Source of the DNA: a virus
Taxonomy: Duplodnaviria; Caudoviricetes
DNA length: 64,000 nt
Virus record (IMG/VR): IMGVR_UViG_3300021399_000132
Coordinates: 1-64,000 of that record
Reading direction: 5' to 3' (one strand)
Shown: in pieces, positions 16,994 to 26,318 of the stretch
Position numbering within the stretch: the stretch's first letter is position 1
Layout of the letters: each line of letters begins with the position of its first letter
Notes under the pieces: model-generated
Database searches by the model: none
What the model was told of the DNA's origin: nothing
Seen by the model: the letters and a program-made list of their open reading frames with translations, nothing else
Translations under genes and position numbers: made by a program

Positions 16994-17977
16994 ATGGAAC
17001 TCGAAGATCTGGTTAGACAAATTGACATCGTCGAGTTCATCGGGCAATACACAGAACTCGTCCAAAAAAACGATGAGTATTGGGGTTTGTCCCCGTTTAC
17101 AGAAGAAAAGACGCCGTCATTCTCGGTCAGAAAAGAGATTAACCAGTGGTACGACTTCTCTTCCGGACAAGGTGGAAACGTGTTCAACTTTGTGAAGAAG
17201 TACCATCAGTGCTCCAACGCTGAAGCGGTTGAGATCCTGAAAAACTACGCGGGAATTACGGGCGACGTGGTTGTCGGTGGCATTAAGCTGTCGGCAACCA
17301 CAATCTGTAAGCGGTTTAAACCTAAGAGGCACGATGGCAGACCGTCGGCGGGAGTTATATTGCCTGATGACTGCATGGAGAAATACGAGGATCGTGAAGA
17401 CAAGTTACAGGTGTGGATAGACGATGGCATCGGGCCGGAGTCGTTAAAGAAGTTTCAGGTCAAGTATGATCCGTTCTCGAATCGCCTGGTGTATCCGATC
17501 CACAATCTCAAGGGAAAGGTTGTTAACATTGGCGGGCGAACGCTTGATCCGCGTTACAAGGAAAAAGGGCTTCGCAAGTACACTTACTTCTATCCATGGG
17601 GCCAGCTCGACACGATCTACGGGCTTTATGAGAACCGAGATGCAATCCAGAAACAGCACGAGGTGATCCTGTTTGAGGGGTGTAAGAGTGTTCTGATCGC
17701 AGATACTTGGGGGATACACAATACGGGGGCAATACTCACATCGCACCTGTCGGTGTATCAGATGAGAATTCTGGCAAAACTTGCGGCTAATGTGGTGTTT
17801 GCACTCGACAAAGATGTCCAGCCTTGGGCTATAGAGCGGCTTTATAAACTTAAACAGTTCGTAAATGTCAGCTACATCTACGATGGTGGCGGGTTACTAG
17901 ATGAGAAAGACGCGCCAGTTGATAAAGGAAAAGAGGTATTCGAAGAACTATATGCACAACGGAGAAGGATCAGATAA
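16994..17977 (+). CDS. DnaG-type primase
   Basis: GLSPFTEEKTPSF...DFSSGQGG zinc-binding-domain-like region, RLVYPI...GGR, FEG and ALDKD TOPRIM motifs. Confidence 0.9.
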   Translation: MELEDLVRQIDIVEFIGQYTELVQKNDEYWGLSPFTEEKTPSFSVRKEINQWYDFSSGQGGNVFNFVKKYHQCSNAEAVEILKNYAGITGDVVVGGIKLSATTICKRFKPKRHDGRPSAGVILPDDCMEKYEDREDKLQVWIDDGIGPESLKKFQVKYDPFSNRLVYPIHNLKGKVVNIGGRTLDPRYKEKGLRKYTYFYPWGQLDTIYGLYENRDAIQKQHEVILFEGCKSVLIADTWGIHNTGAILTSHLSVYQMRILAKLAANVVFALDKDVQPWAIERLYKLKQFVNVSYIYDGGGLLDEKDAPVDKGKEVFEELYAQRRRIR

Positions 17978-17984
17978 TATCCTG

Positions 17985-18263
17985 ATGGTTAGTTCGGCTG
18001 GCTACAGTGGGTTCGGCTCGAGGGTTTTCGCCTCCTTTAATCCAGCTAGTATGGAGATAACTGTCGACACATCAAAGATACGTGACAGGATTTTTTTAGA
18101 GAGAATGAAGGCGGCTGAGGAGTTTGTTATGCCAGATGTTGACTTATGGCGACCGTCGTGGGAGTTGATATATGACGGGAGAGAGTACGGTATAGCTGCG
18201 GCTGCCGTTCGCGAAGAATTGAAGCCAGAAACTACGTTAAACGAACTGTTCAATGCCGACTGA
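17985..18263 (+). CDS. hypothetical protein
   Basis: Co-oriented; ends TLNELFNAD; start uncertain. Confidence 0.6.
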   Translation: MVSSAGYSGFGSRVFASFNPASMEITVDTSKIRDRIFLERMKAAEEFVMPDVDLWRPSWELIYDGREYGIAAAAVREELKPETTLNELFNAD

Positions 18264-18278
18264 TAGGAAAATGATTGT

Positions 18279-18494
18279 ATGCAATTTGTTATTAATGTTG
18301 TGATAGCCTGCATCTTACTCTTCATATTTCTCGCATCGGTGGTCACCCCGGTTTTAGTGATAACCCACGGTGATGATTTCGACGAGGATGATAAGAGGGT
18401 GGCTATTGGTATGATCCTTGGATTCTTCGGATGCGTATGTTTGTGGTTACTCGTGGAAATGATTATTGCTGGGTTGTTAGCACCGCTTTTATAA
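18279..18494 (+). CDS. two-TM membrane protein
   Basis: Two hydrophobic segments split by an acidic loop. Confidence 0.7.
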   Translation: MQFVINVVIACILLFIFLASVVTPVLVITHGDDFDEDDKRVAIGMILGFFGCVCLWLLVEMIIAGLLAPLL

Positions 18495-18500
18495 AAACCG

Positions 18501-18896
18501 ATGAAAGGAGAAGAAGAAATGCTGGAATGGAATGTTTATTACCATGATTTCAATGGACGTAAGATAGATACGTATAATATCTTCAACCATGGCACATTAT
18601 GTATCCGGCTCGCCAAGATTGCGAGACGCCGCACGCTTGGGGAAGACGGAAAAAGACATTCGATTACGAAAGAGGAATTCACAAAAGAGCTTAGGGGCTG
18701 GCTTATGTACTGCTATTGGTCAAAAGCCGAATGGGAAGTAATCATCGGCCCGTGGATTTCTAATCAGGAGGAGTTCGACAAGGAGTCTGTAAAGATTGAC
18801 GTCTTCGACCAGATTATGTTGAACTTCGACATTCTCGCAGATTATGTTTGGGATCATATCTCCGAGGTAAGAAAGCTCGACAAAGGCCTGAGATGA
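18501..18896 (+). CDS. conserved phage hypothetical protein
   Basis: LEWNVYYHDFN...YNIF...WSKAEWE; ATGA overlap with dnaE. Confidence 0.8.
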   Translation: MKGEEEMLEWNVYYHDFNGRKIDTYNIFNHGTLCIRLAKIARRRTLGEDGKRHSITKEEFTKELRGWLMYCYWSKAEWEVIIGPWISNQEEFDKESVKIDVFDQIMLNFDILADYVWDHISEVRKLDKGLR

Positions 18897-21800
18897 CGGG
18901 AAACTATTTCTGCTATCACATTCACTCAGATCTCAGTAACGCGGTCACAAATATTGACAGTGTTACCAAGTTCGGTGATTACATAAAGGCCGCAAAGGAA
19001 TGCGGTATGACAACGTTCGGGTTTTCCGAACATGGCTCCGTAATGGAGTGGCTCCACAAAAAAGAAGCCATCGAAGCAGCCGGAATGAAATACGTCCACG
19101 CTGTCGAAGCGTATCTCACCAGTACACTTGATGAAAAGATCAGAGACAACTACCATTGTGTCCTGATCGCAAGAAACTATGACGGTGTGCGGGAATTAAA
19201 CAGGCTAATCAGCCGGAGTTTCAACAGAAACGACAACCACTTCTACTACGCACCGAGAATCAGCTTCGATGAGCTGTTCGCGACGTCTGATAACATTATC
19301 ATAACGTCGGCGTGCATCGGCGGTGTGCTTGGTAAAGGTGCAGACAACCAGTTTGTGGTAGAACGGTTCATGAGATTCATGACCGAGAACAAACATAGGA
19401 CTTTTCTGGAGATCGGGCACCATATCGATGAGAAACAAAAGGCCTATAATGAAAAGCTCGTTTTATTGAGCTCTCAGACGGGAATTCCACTCATTGCAGG
19501 CACTGATACACATGCTTTAAACAACGCTCACGTAGAAGGACGCAGCATTCTCCAGAGAAGTAAGAGAATTCACTTCGATGGCGAGGATAATTGGGATCTG
19601 AGGTTCAAAACCTATGACCAGTTAATCGATGCGTACAAACTGCAGGGCACTTTGTCGGAAAAAGTGTACATGAGGGCAATTGAGAACACGAATGTCCTCG
19701 CAGATATGATTGAACCGTTCGAAATTGACCGTTCGCCTAAGTATCCGCACATTTATGAGAACCCGGAGCAGACTTTCAGACAAAAGGTGTACGATGCAAT
19801 TGAAAATCATCCGTATGCGCTCAAAAATCACACGAGGGAAGAGCTTACGGCAGCTGTTGAACAGGAAATCGATGTCTTTAAGAAAACAAAATCGATTGAC
19901 TTCATGCTTTTGCAGACATACTTGCGAGAATGGGAGAAAAAGAACGGAATTAACTGCGGCCCGGGTCGTGGGTCAGTGTCCGGCAGTATGGTAGCCTATC
20001 TGCTGGGCATTACACAGATGGATAGCCTTAGATTTAACCTGAATTTCTTCAGATTTTCCAATCCAGACCGTGTTTCTCTTGCAGATATCGATACGGACTA
20101 TGGTGGAGAGGACAGAGACCGAGTAAAAAGCTTCCTTTTGAAGGACAAGATGGGCTTGCCGCAGATTCGGACTGCTGAAATCATCACATTCAATACAATT
20201 GCACTTCGCGGAGCCATTAAGGATGTGTGCAGGGCGCTGTTTGCAACAAAAGATGATCCTTCTGGCTATATTTCCAAGGCAGATGAGATCATCGAGGCTG
20301 CCGAGGCTGATTTAGATAGCGCTAAAGAGAAATACAAGCCCGTATTCCGCTATGTTGACATCGTAAACGGCACAATTGTATCGGTTGGTACTCACCCGAG
20401 CGGGGTTCTTGTCAGTGACAGGAATATCGAAGAGGAAATTGGGCTCTGCTCTCTTGCAAGCACAGATTATCCGGTCTCAATGCTTAATATGAAAGAGCTA
20501 GACTCGAGAATGTACGTGAAATTGGACATACTAGGGCTCGACAATCTCCAACTGATGAACGAAACATGCAAACTGGCCAACATTCCATACCTCACACCGG
20601 ACAATGTCGACCTTGAAGATGAAAATGTGTGGAAATCTATCCGTGATGACACGACATTGATCTTCCAATGGGAATCTAACAGCGCTCAGCAGTACATTCG
20701 CAAGTTTATGTCCGACAAAACGATCGAAATTGCCAAGTCTAGGGTGCCAAACTTCTCCATGTTGAAGTGGATGTCGTTTGGAAACGGGCTTTTGAGGCCT
20801 GCATGTGCAAGTTTCCGCGATAGTGTTGCTGCTGGGCAGTTTTACGACAACGGATTCGACGCATTGAACGAGTTCTTGGCACCGGAAGCAGGCAGAATTG
20901 CTATGCAGGAGACGATCATGCAGTTTCTGGTTAAATTTTGTGGTTATTCAGCCGCTGAATCAGACACTGTAAGACGTGCGATCGCCAAGAAGAAGGGAAC
21001 TGAAACTCTTTTGCCTGAAATTGAGCGCAGATTCGTCGAATTTTGCACCTCAAACTACGATATGGACGTCGACAGGTGCAATTCTATCATCAAACCATTC
21101 ATCCAGATCATCCTCGATGCCTCTGAATATGGATTTTCATGGAACCATTCGGATGCTTACTCAATGATTGGGTATATCTGCGGGTATTTACGGTATTATT
21201 ACCCGCTCCAGTTCCTTACGGCAGCACTTAATACATTCGGTGACGACCTTGAAAAGACCGGACAGATTATTAACTACGGTAAAAAGGTTGGAATTGAAGT
21301 ATCAATGCCAAGATGGGGCATTTCCAAAGACGAATATGTCTGCGATCCTGAACGCAACATCATTGCCAAGGGCGTTAGCGCAATCAAGTTCATGAATAAG
21401 AAGGTCGCGAGCACTTTATATAAGATGGCGCATGGTGATAAGAAGTACACGCACTTCATGCAGGTTCTGTACGACATCAGACATAACACTGAGATCAATT
21501 CAAGACAGGTCGACATCCTCATCGGAATCGATTTCTTCAAGGATTTTGGAAATCAGAGAGAGCTAATGTTCATTGCATCGTTGTTCCGTGAAATGTTCAA
21601 AGAGGGCGACGCAAAGATGATCAGGAGAGAACTCGTTGATGGCTCGGTGTACGAAGATGCGATCAAAAAATATGCAACAGGAATGACAAAGTCGGGCGGA
21701 ATCGCAAAGAGTTATACGCTGGTTGACATTCAATCTGCGATGGATCTTTGTGAGGATGTAATTTTAGGTGAAAATCTTGAGGATTTGTCAGAACCTGTGA

Positions 21801-22096
21801 AGGTCAAGAAGTTCGTCGAAGCCATGGGATACATGGGGTATGTTACAGGAAAAGAAGAAGATCGCAGAAAGCTGTATATTATGGATATAAAGCCGATTCG
21901 CAGCCGTCAGACAAAGAAAATTATCGGCAGATCAATCTTTACCAAGTCAATTGGTAGTGGTAAAGAGAGCAGATTCACATGCTGGAACAGGGTTTTCAAG
22001 GAAAATCCGATTGTTGCAGAGGATATTATCCAGTGCAGGTCATACACAAGAGATGGCAAGTATTTCACACTTGAAAAGTATACAAAAATGACTTGA
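18893..22096 (+). CDS. dnaE: DNA polymerase III alpha subunit (family C)
   Basis: PHP HIHSDLS/SEHG/DTH, GRGSVSGS, ADIDTD, HPSGV, KLDILGL, YGFSWNHS; no intein or intron seen. Confidence 0.95.
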   Translation: MTGNYFCYHIHSDLSNAVTNIDSVTKFGDYIKAAKECGMTTFGFSEHGSVMEWLHKKEAIEAAGMKYVHAVEAYLTSTLDEKIRDNYHCVLIARNYDGVRELNRLISRSFNRNDNHFYYAPRISFDELFATSDNIIITSACIGGVLGKGADNQFVVERFMRFMTENKHRTFLEIGHHIDEKQKAYNEKLVLLSSQTGIPLIAGTDTHALNNAHVEGRSILQRSKRIHFDGEDNWDLRFKTYDQLIDAYKLQGTLSEKVYMRAIENTNVLADMIEPFEIDRSPKYPHIYENPEQTFRQKVYDAIENHPYALKNHTREELTAAVEQEIDVFKKTKSIDFMLLQTYLREWEKKNGINCGPGRGSVSGSMVAYLLGITQMDSLRFNLNFFRFSNPDRVSLADIDTDYGGEDRDRVKSFLLKDKMGLPQIRTAEIITFNTIALRGAIKDVCRALFATKDDPSGYISKADEIIEAAEADLDSAKEKYKPVFRYVDIVNGTIVSVGTHPSGVLVSDRNIEEEIGLCSLASTDYPVSMLNMKELDSRMYVKLDILGLDNLQLMNETCKLANIPYLTPDNVDLEDENVWKSIRDDTTLIFQWESNSAQQYIRKFMSDKTIEIAKSRVPNFSMLKWMSFGNGLLRPACASFRDSVAAGQFYDNGFDALNEFLAPEAGRIAMQETIMQFLVKFCGYSAAESDTVRRAIAKKKGTETLLPEIERRFVEFCTSNYDMDVDRCNSIIKPFIQIILDASEYGFSWNHSDAYSMIGYICGYLRYYYPLQFLTAALNTFGDDLEKTGQIINYGKKVGIEVSMPRWGISKDEYVCDPERNIIAKGVSAIKFMNKKVASTLYKMAHGDKKYTHFMQVLYDIRHNTEINSRQVDILIGIDFFKDFGNQRELMFIASLFREMFKEGDAKMIRRELVDGSVYEDAIKKYATGMTKSGGIAKSYTLVDIQSAMDLCEDVILGENLEDLSEPVKVKKFVEAMGYMGYVTGKEEDRRKLYIMDIKPIRSRQTKKIIGRSIFTKSIGSGKESRFTCWNRVFKENPIVAEDIIQCRSYTRDGKYFTLEKYTKMT

Positions 22097-22122
22097 TAAA
22101 ACATTAACAAGTTACAAAATGG

Positions 22123-22234
22123 TTCACATATTCATTGGTTTACTATATAATTAGTTCATACCAATCAAAGATTGGTGGTCGCCAGATACGGGGCGACAAA
22201 AAATATGTTTTCAACCAATGAAAACATGATTGGT
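22123..22234 (+). promoter_or_regulatory. sigmaA promoter with CCAAT/ATTGG operator-like boxes
   Basis: TTCACA(22123)-17-TATAAT(22146); TTCATTGGTT in the spacer; ACCAATC-AAA-GATTGGT at 22160-22176; ACCAAT...ATTGGT at 22214-22234. Confidence 0.7.
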
Positions 22235-22242
22235 GGAGGGCT

Positions 22243-22632
22243 ATGAACATGATTAAGCCAAAGAAATTGTGTGGGAAACACATTCTCTCAGGCGTCAATC
22301 GCGATTACACAGTACACGACGCCGAATGCATCGACTTCGTGCTCGACGGTAAGACTTACAGGGCTATTGAAGATCCCGAGGACGGTTACCGCTCATGCTT
22401 AAAGGGAATTGAGATCTCTAATAAGAGAATTCCGAACAACATTCCCGACACCGAGGTGGTGGTCGCATACGATACATCGGGCAGTAGTGAGATGCTGAGG
22501 TTCTATGAAACGAAATATGGCAGGGAGGTTCTTTCAATAGGAACAAGGTACGATGAGGAATGGTACCCGGTATGTGTGTTCGAATATGCACCCGAGAATC
22601 TTCCCTGCAACGTTAGTAGAAAGAACAGATAG
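22243..22632 (+). CDS. hypothetical protein
   Basis: GGAGG RBS; first gene after the promoter. Confidence 0.75.
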   Translation: MNMIKPKKLCGKHILSGVNRDYTVHDAECIDFVLDGKTYRAIEDPEDGYRSCLKGIEISNKRIPNNIPDTEVVVAYDTSGSSEMLRFYETKYGREVLSIGTRYDEEWYPVCVFEYAPENLPCNVSRKNR

Positions 22633-22639
22633 GGGGAAC

Positions 22640-23269
22640 ATGACAGCATTGAATGCAGATATTGAAGATGTGATTCAGGTACAGGGCTGTGCCTGCGTAT
22701 CCAACGCTAAGGTATACGGCCTTATGGATAGCATCCGAAGGGCGAAATTCCCTATGAACGTTGACACAGAAAGCATCAGTTCTGAGCTTACCAAAGGAAT
22801 TGAAGCGATCGCTCAGTCACCGGCCGGAAGTGGTCATGATCAGTGGCTGACAGGGGTGGTTGTACAGTTCGACCTTACATTCAGCAATAAGGCATGGGTG
22901 GAAGCCGAACGTTATCACTTCCTAGACTTCGTAAGTTCGCAGAGTACCATGCATCGCATTGCCAGATTCAACCTTGAGGAATCATATAACGAATATGTTG
23001 ACCCAAGGATCGTGGCGATTATGCATGAGAAGATCAACGAATACAACATGATGGAAAGCGGAGATCTGAAAGCACGAAAGTACCTTGAAGTTCTCTACAG
23101 TAACCCTGCCGGATTCATGCTCACGGCGGGTATGACGACCAACTACAGACAGCTCAAAACAATTTACAGACAACGCGTCAATCACAGGTTGCCTGAATGG
23201 AGAGTGTTCTGTAAATGGATCGAAACACTCCCATACGGGTATCTGATCACGGGTATTCAAGAGGTTTAA
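22640..23269 (+). CDS. divergent ThyX-like (flavin-dependent thymidylate synthase fold) protein
   Basis: GHD..L, ERYHF.D.VSSQSTMH, TNYRQLKTIY.QR..HRL.EW; sits next to the dNMP kinase. Confidence 0.55.
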   Translation: MTALNADIEDVIQVQGCACVSNAKVYGLMDSIRRAKFPMNVDTESISSELTKGIEAIAQSPAGSGHDQWLTGVVVQFDLTFSNKAWVEAERYHFLDFVSSQSTMHRIARFNLEESYNEYVDPRIVAIMHEKINEYNMMESGDLKARKYLEVLYSNPAGFMLTAGMTTNYRQLKTIYRQRVNHRLPEWRVFCKWIETLPYGYLITGIQEV

Positions 23270-23270
23270 G

Positions 23271-23807
23271 ATGATGAAAGTGATTCTTATTTCTGGACAT
23301 GCACAAAACGGCAAAGATACGGCGGCCGGGTTCATCAAAAAGTACCTAGAAGATCATGGTGAACGAGTGCAGATCATGCACTACGCAGACTTGCTCAAGT
23401 TCATCTGCAAAGAATACTTTGGATGGAATGGACTGAAGGACGAACGGGGCAGGAAGATGCTCCAGCATGTCGGGACTGATGTTATCAGGAGGAGATACCC
23501 CGACTTCTGGGTCGAATGGCTCACCTCATTAATTGAGGCTCTCTCATATGAATGGGATTACGTAATCATTCCCGACACCAGATTTCCAAATGAAGTCGAT
23601 CTCATGAAGGACATGTACGACGAATGCTGGCACATTCGAGTTGTACGTCCTTGGTTCGAATCCCCGCTGACAGAGGAACAGCGCAACCACCCGTCTGAGA
23701 CAGCTCTGGACGACTACGAACCCGACTTCATGCTCTACAACGACGGAACCCTCGACGACCTGAAGGGTGAGTCGATCGAACTTACACGGAGGATTATGCA
23801 GGAATGA
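23271..23807 (+). CDS. deoxynucleoside monophosphate kinase
   Basis: ISGHAQNGKDT, RKMLQHVGT, DTRFPNE, HPSE. Confidence 0.85.
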   Translation: MMKVILISGHAQNGKDTAAGFIKKYLEDHGERVQIMHYADLLKFICKEYFGWNGLKDERGRKMLQHVGTDVIRRRYPDFWVEWLTSLIEALSYEWDYVIIPDTRFPNEVDLMKDMYDECWHIRVVRPWFESPLTEEQRNHPSETALDDYEPDFMLYNDGTLDDLKGESIELTRRIMQE

Positions 23808-24451
23808 CAATGAAACGGTACCATGGTGTGGAAATTGACTTCGATGAACTTAACGTCGATAACCTCGCAAATGGGGTCGGATTAGAAGACCTCTTCGAAT
23901 ACAAGGATCTTCAGGACAGAAAGCTTTATCTGACAGGCGAGGTCACAGTCTGGAATACAACCGACCTGATTCACAAGATTCTGCAGTACAACGCAGATGA
24001 CAAGAACATCCCGGTCGAAGAGAGAAAGCCAATCAGGCTTTACATCACATCGGAAGGTGGAGATGTTCAGTCGGGTTTCGGACTGATGGACGTAATTACA
24101 GCGAGCAAGACACCGGTGTACACAATTAATCTTGGGTACTGGTACAGCATGGGACTCATGATCGGCCTTACAGGCCACAAGAGATATGCTGCTCCCAACT
24201 CTTCGATTCTGCTGCATGATGGTTCGAACTTTGTTTACAGCTCTGCTAACAAAGCACAGGATCAGATGGAGTTTTTCAAGAAGTTGGACGGTAGGATGAA
24301 AGCAATCGTCTTGGAACGTACAAAGATGACCGCAAAAATGTATGACAAGAAGGCAAGAATTGAGTGGTACATGCTTGCGGATGAGGCAAAAGAACTCGGG
24401 TTTGTTGATTATCTGATCGGAACCGATTGCGAGCTTGATGAGGTACTCTGA
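23804..24451 (+). CDS. ClpP-like protease subunit
   Basis: RKLYLTGEV, PIRLYITSEGG, YSMG (Ser), LLHDG (His), WYMLADEAKELG. Confidence 0.85.
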   Translation: MTMKRYHGVEIDFDELNVDNLANGVGLEDLFEYKDLQDRKLYLTGEVTVWNTTDLIHKILQYNADDKNIPVEERKPIRLYITSEGGDVQSGFGLMDVITASKTPVYTINLGYWYSMGLMIGLTGHKRYAAPNSSILLHDGSNFVYSSANKAQDQMEFFKKLDGRMKAIVLERTKMTAKMYDKKARIEWYMLADEAKELGFVDYLIGTDCELDEVL

Positions 24452-24456
24452 GGGCG

Positions 24457-25224
24457 ATGCCTAAGAGAAAAAATTCACAAGTAAGTGGATTGCCAGAAAC
24501 GTTCAAAGGAGAGCCGTTCTACGGTCTAGATCTCGACCCTGAGCAGCTGGCGTTCGCTGACGCGATCATAAACCCAAATTTTGACATAATCTTCGTCAAC
24601 GCAAAAGCGGGCACAGGAAAGACCACAATAGCTACAGGAGCCGCAAATTTGCTAATAAAATCGGGGTTTTACAAAAGCATGATTTACATCATGGCACCGT
24701 ATGGCGAGAAGCGGCAGGGGTGGTTGCCGGGAACAATCACCGAAAAGAGCTCAGTTTACTTCGAAGCGTTCTATCAGGCTCTTGTTAAATGCCATGTAAA
24801 CCTTAACACGGCAATCAAAAGTTCCTCACTATCTGAAAGTGGGGCACAAAGCGAGGGCGGATATATCACATGCATCACCGACACATACCTCAGGGGTTCA
24901 AATCTGGATGACGCTGTCATCATCATCGACGAAGCACAGAACTACACTCTCCAACAACTTCAGAAAACGCTAACCCGGGTTGGACAGAAAGTGAAAGTAA
25001 TTGTGATCGGACATGTTGGTCAGTGTGATCTGGACAACCCAGAGCAGAGTGGGTTTGCAAGATACATTGAACACTTCAGACAATGTGAACGTGCGGCAAT
25101 ATGCACGCTGTCGACGAATCATAGAAGCTGGATCAGCGATTGGGCTGACCAAGTCTACAGAACGGATGTTATACAAATGCCAATCACACAACATGGCGAC
25201 CATCCGTTCATTAAATTAGTGTAA
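24457..25224 (+). CDS. phoH: PhoH-family ATPase
   Basis: AKAGTGKT, LPG, YLRG, IIDEAQN, LTRVG, IGHVGQCD. Confidence 0.9.
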   Translation: MPKRKNSQVSGLPETFKGEPFYGLDLDPEQLAFADAIINPNFDIIFVNAKAGTGKTTIATGAANLLIKSGFYKSMIYIMAPYGEKRQGWLPGTITEKSSVYFEAFYQALVKCHVNLNTAIKSSSLSESGAQSEGGYITCITDTYLRGSNLDDAVIIIDEAQNYTLQQLQKTLTRVGQKVKVIVIGHVGQCDLDNPEQSGFARYIEHFRQCERAAICTLSTNHRSWISDWADQVYRTDVIQMPITQHGDHPFIKLV

Positions 25225-25235
25225 AAATAGTGAAA

Positions 25236-25490
25236 CCCCACACCCGATTTAAGGCGACCTCCCCAAGGGCTTAAAATCCCGGAGCAAATCGGAGTGCTAA
25301 AGCTGGTTAAAAGGGAGCCAGAACCAGAGGCGGCGAGGTTAAGAAGGGTTCGCAGCCGCTAGGGTGCATGTAAGGCCTGATCAACCACATGACCCGACCG
25401 CAGTTGCACCGGGGGATAGAGTTCCTATCCAACGGTGCGGCTGGGTTTAGCTGACCAGATGCGGGTTGAAATCTGGCACTAATGGTGGGG
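25236..25490 (+). ncRNA. candidate structured RNA of about 255 nt
   Basis: GC-rich, ORF-free gap closed by CCCCAC/GTGGGG with several nested stems; family not recognised. Confidence 0.45.
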
Positions 25491-25501
25491 AAATAGAACT
25501 C

Positions 25502-25669
25502 ATGAATTATTTTGAATTATCAATCGTAGGCTGTACTGAATTGCCACACCGGGAAATCGAGCAGAGACTCGAGTATCTCATCGAGACAATCAACCAACAG
25601 CTTGAAGGGGATGTAAAACTTGCTTACTTCCCAACCGATGAATACGGGAATGTGTTAAAGGAGTACTGA
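25502..25669 (+). CDS. hypothetical protein, paralogue of 2989..3171
   Basis: MNYFELSI...DEYGN; TGATG coupling. Confidence 0.65.
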   Translation: MNYFELSIVGCTELPHREIEQRLEYLIETINQQLEGDVKLAYFPTDEYGNVLKEY

Positions 25670-25992
25670 TGGCGCGACCGACATGTAAAACATGTGGTTA
25701 CCATGTCAATGGAACATGCTTTCTAACATGGGACACAAAGAAAGACAACGATCTCTGTACATTTAAGAAAACAGAAGATACGTCGACGATTGTACGCACC
25801 GATCCTGATGCGGGCAAGAAACGCACCAAAAGTAAAAAGGAGAAGAAAGAGAAGATATGTACAAAGGAATCGGATTCAAAAAGCCGTTCAAAGTCGAATA
25901 CAAAAAACTCGCCGAAAACGCAATCGAACCAAAAAGAGGCTCGTCCGAAGCGGCGGGCTGGGACTTATTCTCAGATGCGGCTTATGATATAG
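25669..25992 (+). CDS. four-Cys protein with basic tail overlapping dUTPase
   Basis: CKTC...C...LC; the last 136 nt overlap the dUTPase in another frame. Confidence 0.6.
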   Translation: MARPTCKTCGYHVNGTCFLTWDTKKDNDLCTFKKTEDTSTIVRTDPDAGKKRTKSKKEKKEKICTKESDSKSRSKSNTKNSPKTQSNQKEARPKRRAGTYSQMRLMI

Positions 25993-26318
25993 CCCCACAT
26001 TCAACGGTTAAAGTCCACACCAACATCGCCTTGGCCATACCCAAGGGGGCGTTCGGGGCCATCTATGCGAGATCGGGCATCGCGCTCAAGAAGGGACTTC
26101 GTCCCGCAAACTGCGTAGGCATTATTGACTCGGATTATCGGGGCGAGATCATCGTCGCATTACATAACGACACGGACGAACTTATGAGCATTGAAGGAGG
26201 CACACGGGTTGCCCAGCTCATCGTACAACCGTACATGCCAATTTGTCTGGAAGAGGTTGAAGATCTTGACGAGACAGATCGCGGAGAAGGCGGCTTCGGA
26301 AGCACAGGTGAACACTGA
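25857..26318 (+). CDS. dut: trimeric dUTPase
   Basis: AAGWDL, ARSG, GIIDSDYRGE, RVAQL, RGEGGFGSTG. Confidence 0.95.
   Translation: MYKGIGFKKPFKVEYKKLAENAIEPKRGSSEAAGWDLFSDAAYDIAPHSTVKVHTNIALAIPKGAFGAIYARSGIALKKGLRPANCVGIIDSDYRGEIIVALHNDTDELMSIEGGTRVAQLIVQPYMPICLEEVEDLDETDRGEGGFGSTGEH

Noticed and set aside
18893-22096. Intein or intron in dnaE, helicase or primase
   Set aside because: Lengths are normal and the frames continuous; no intein splice motifs or LAGLIDADG blocks seen.
25441-25490. tRNA gene suggested by GCGGGTTGAAATCTGG
   Set aside because: No D-arm, anticodon arm or acceptor stem at tRNA spacing.
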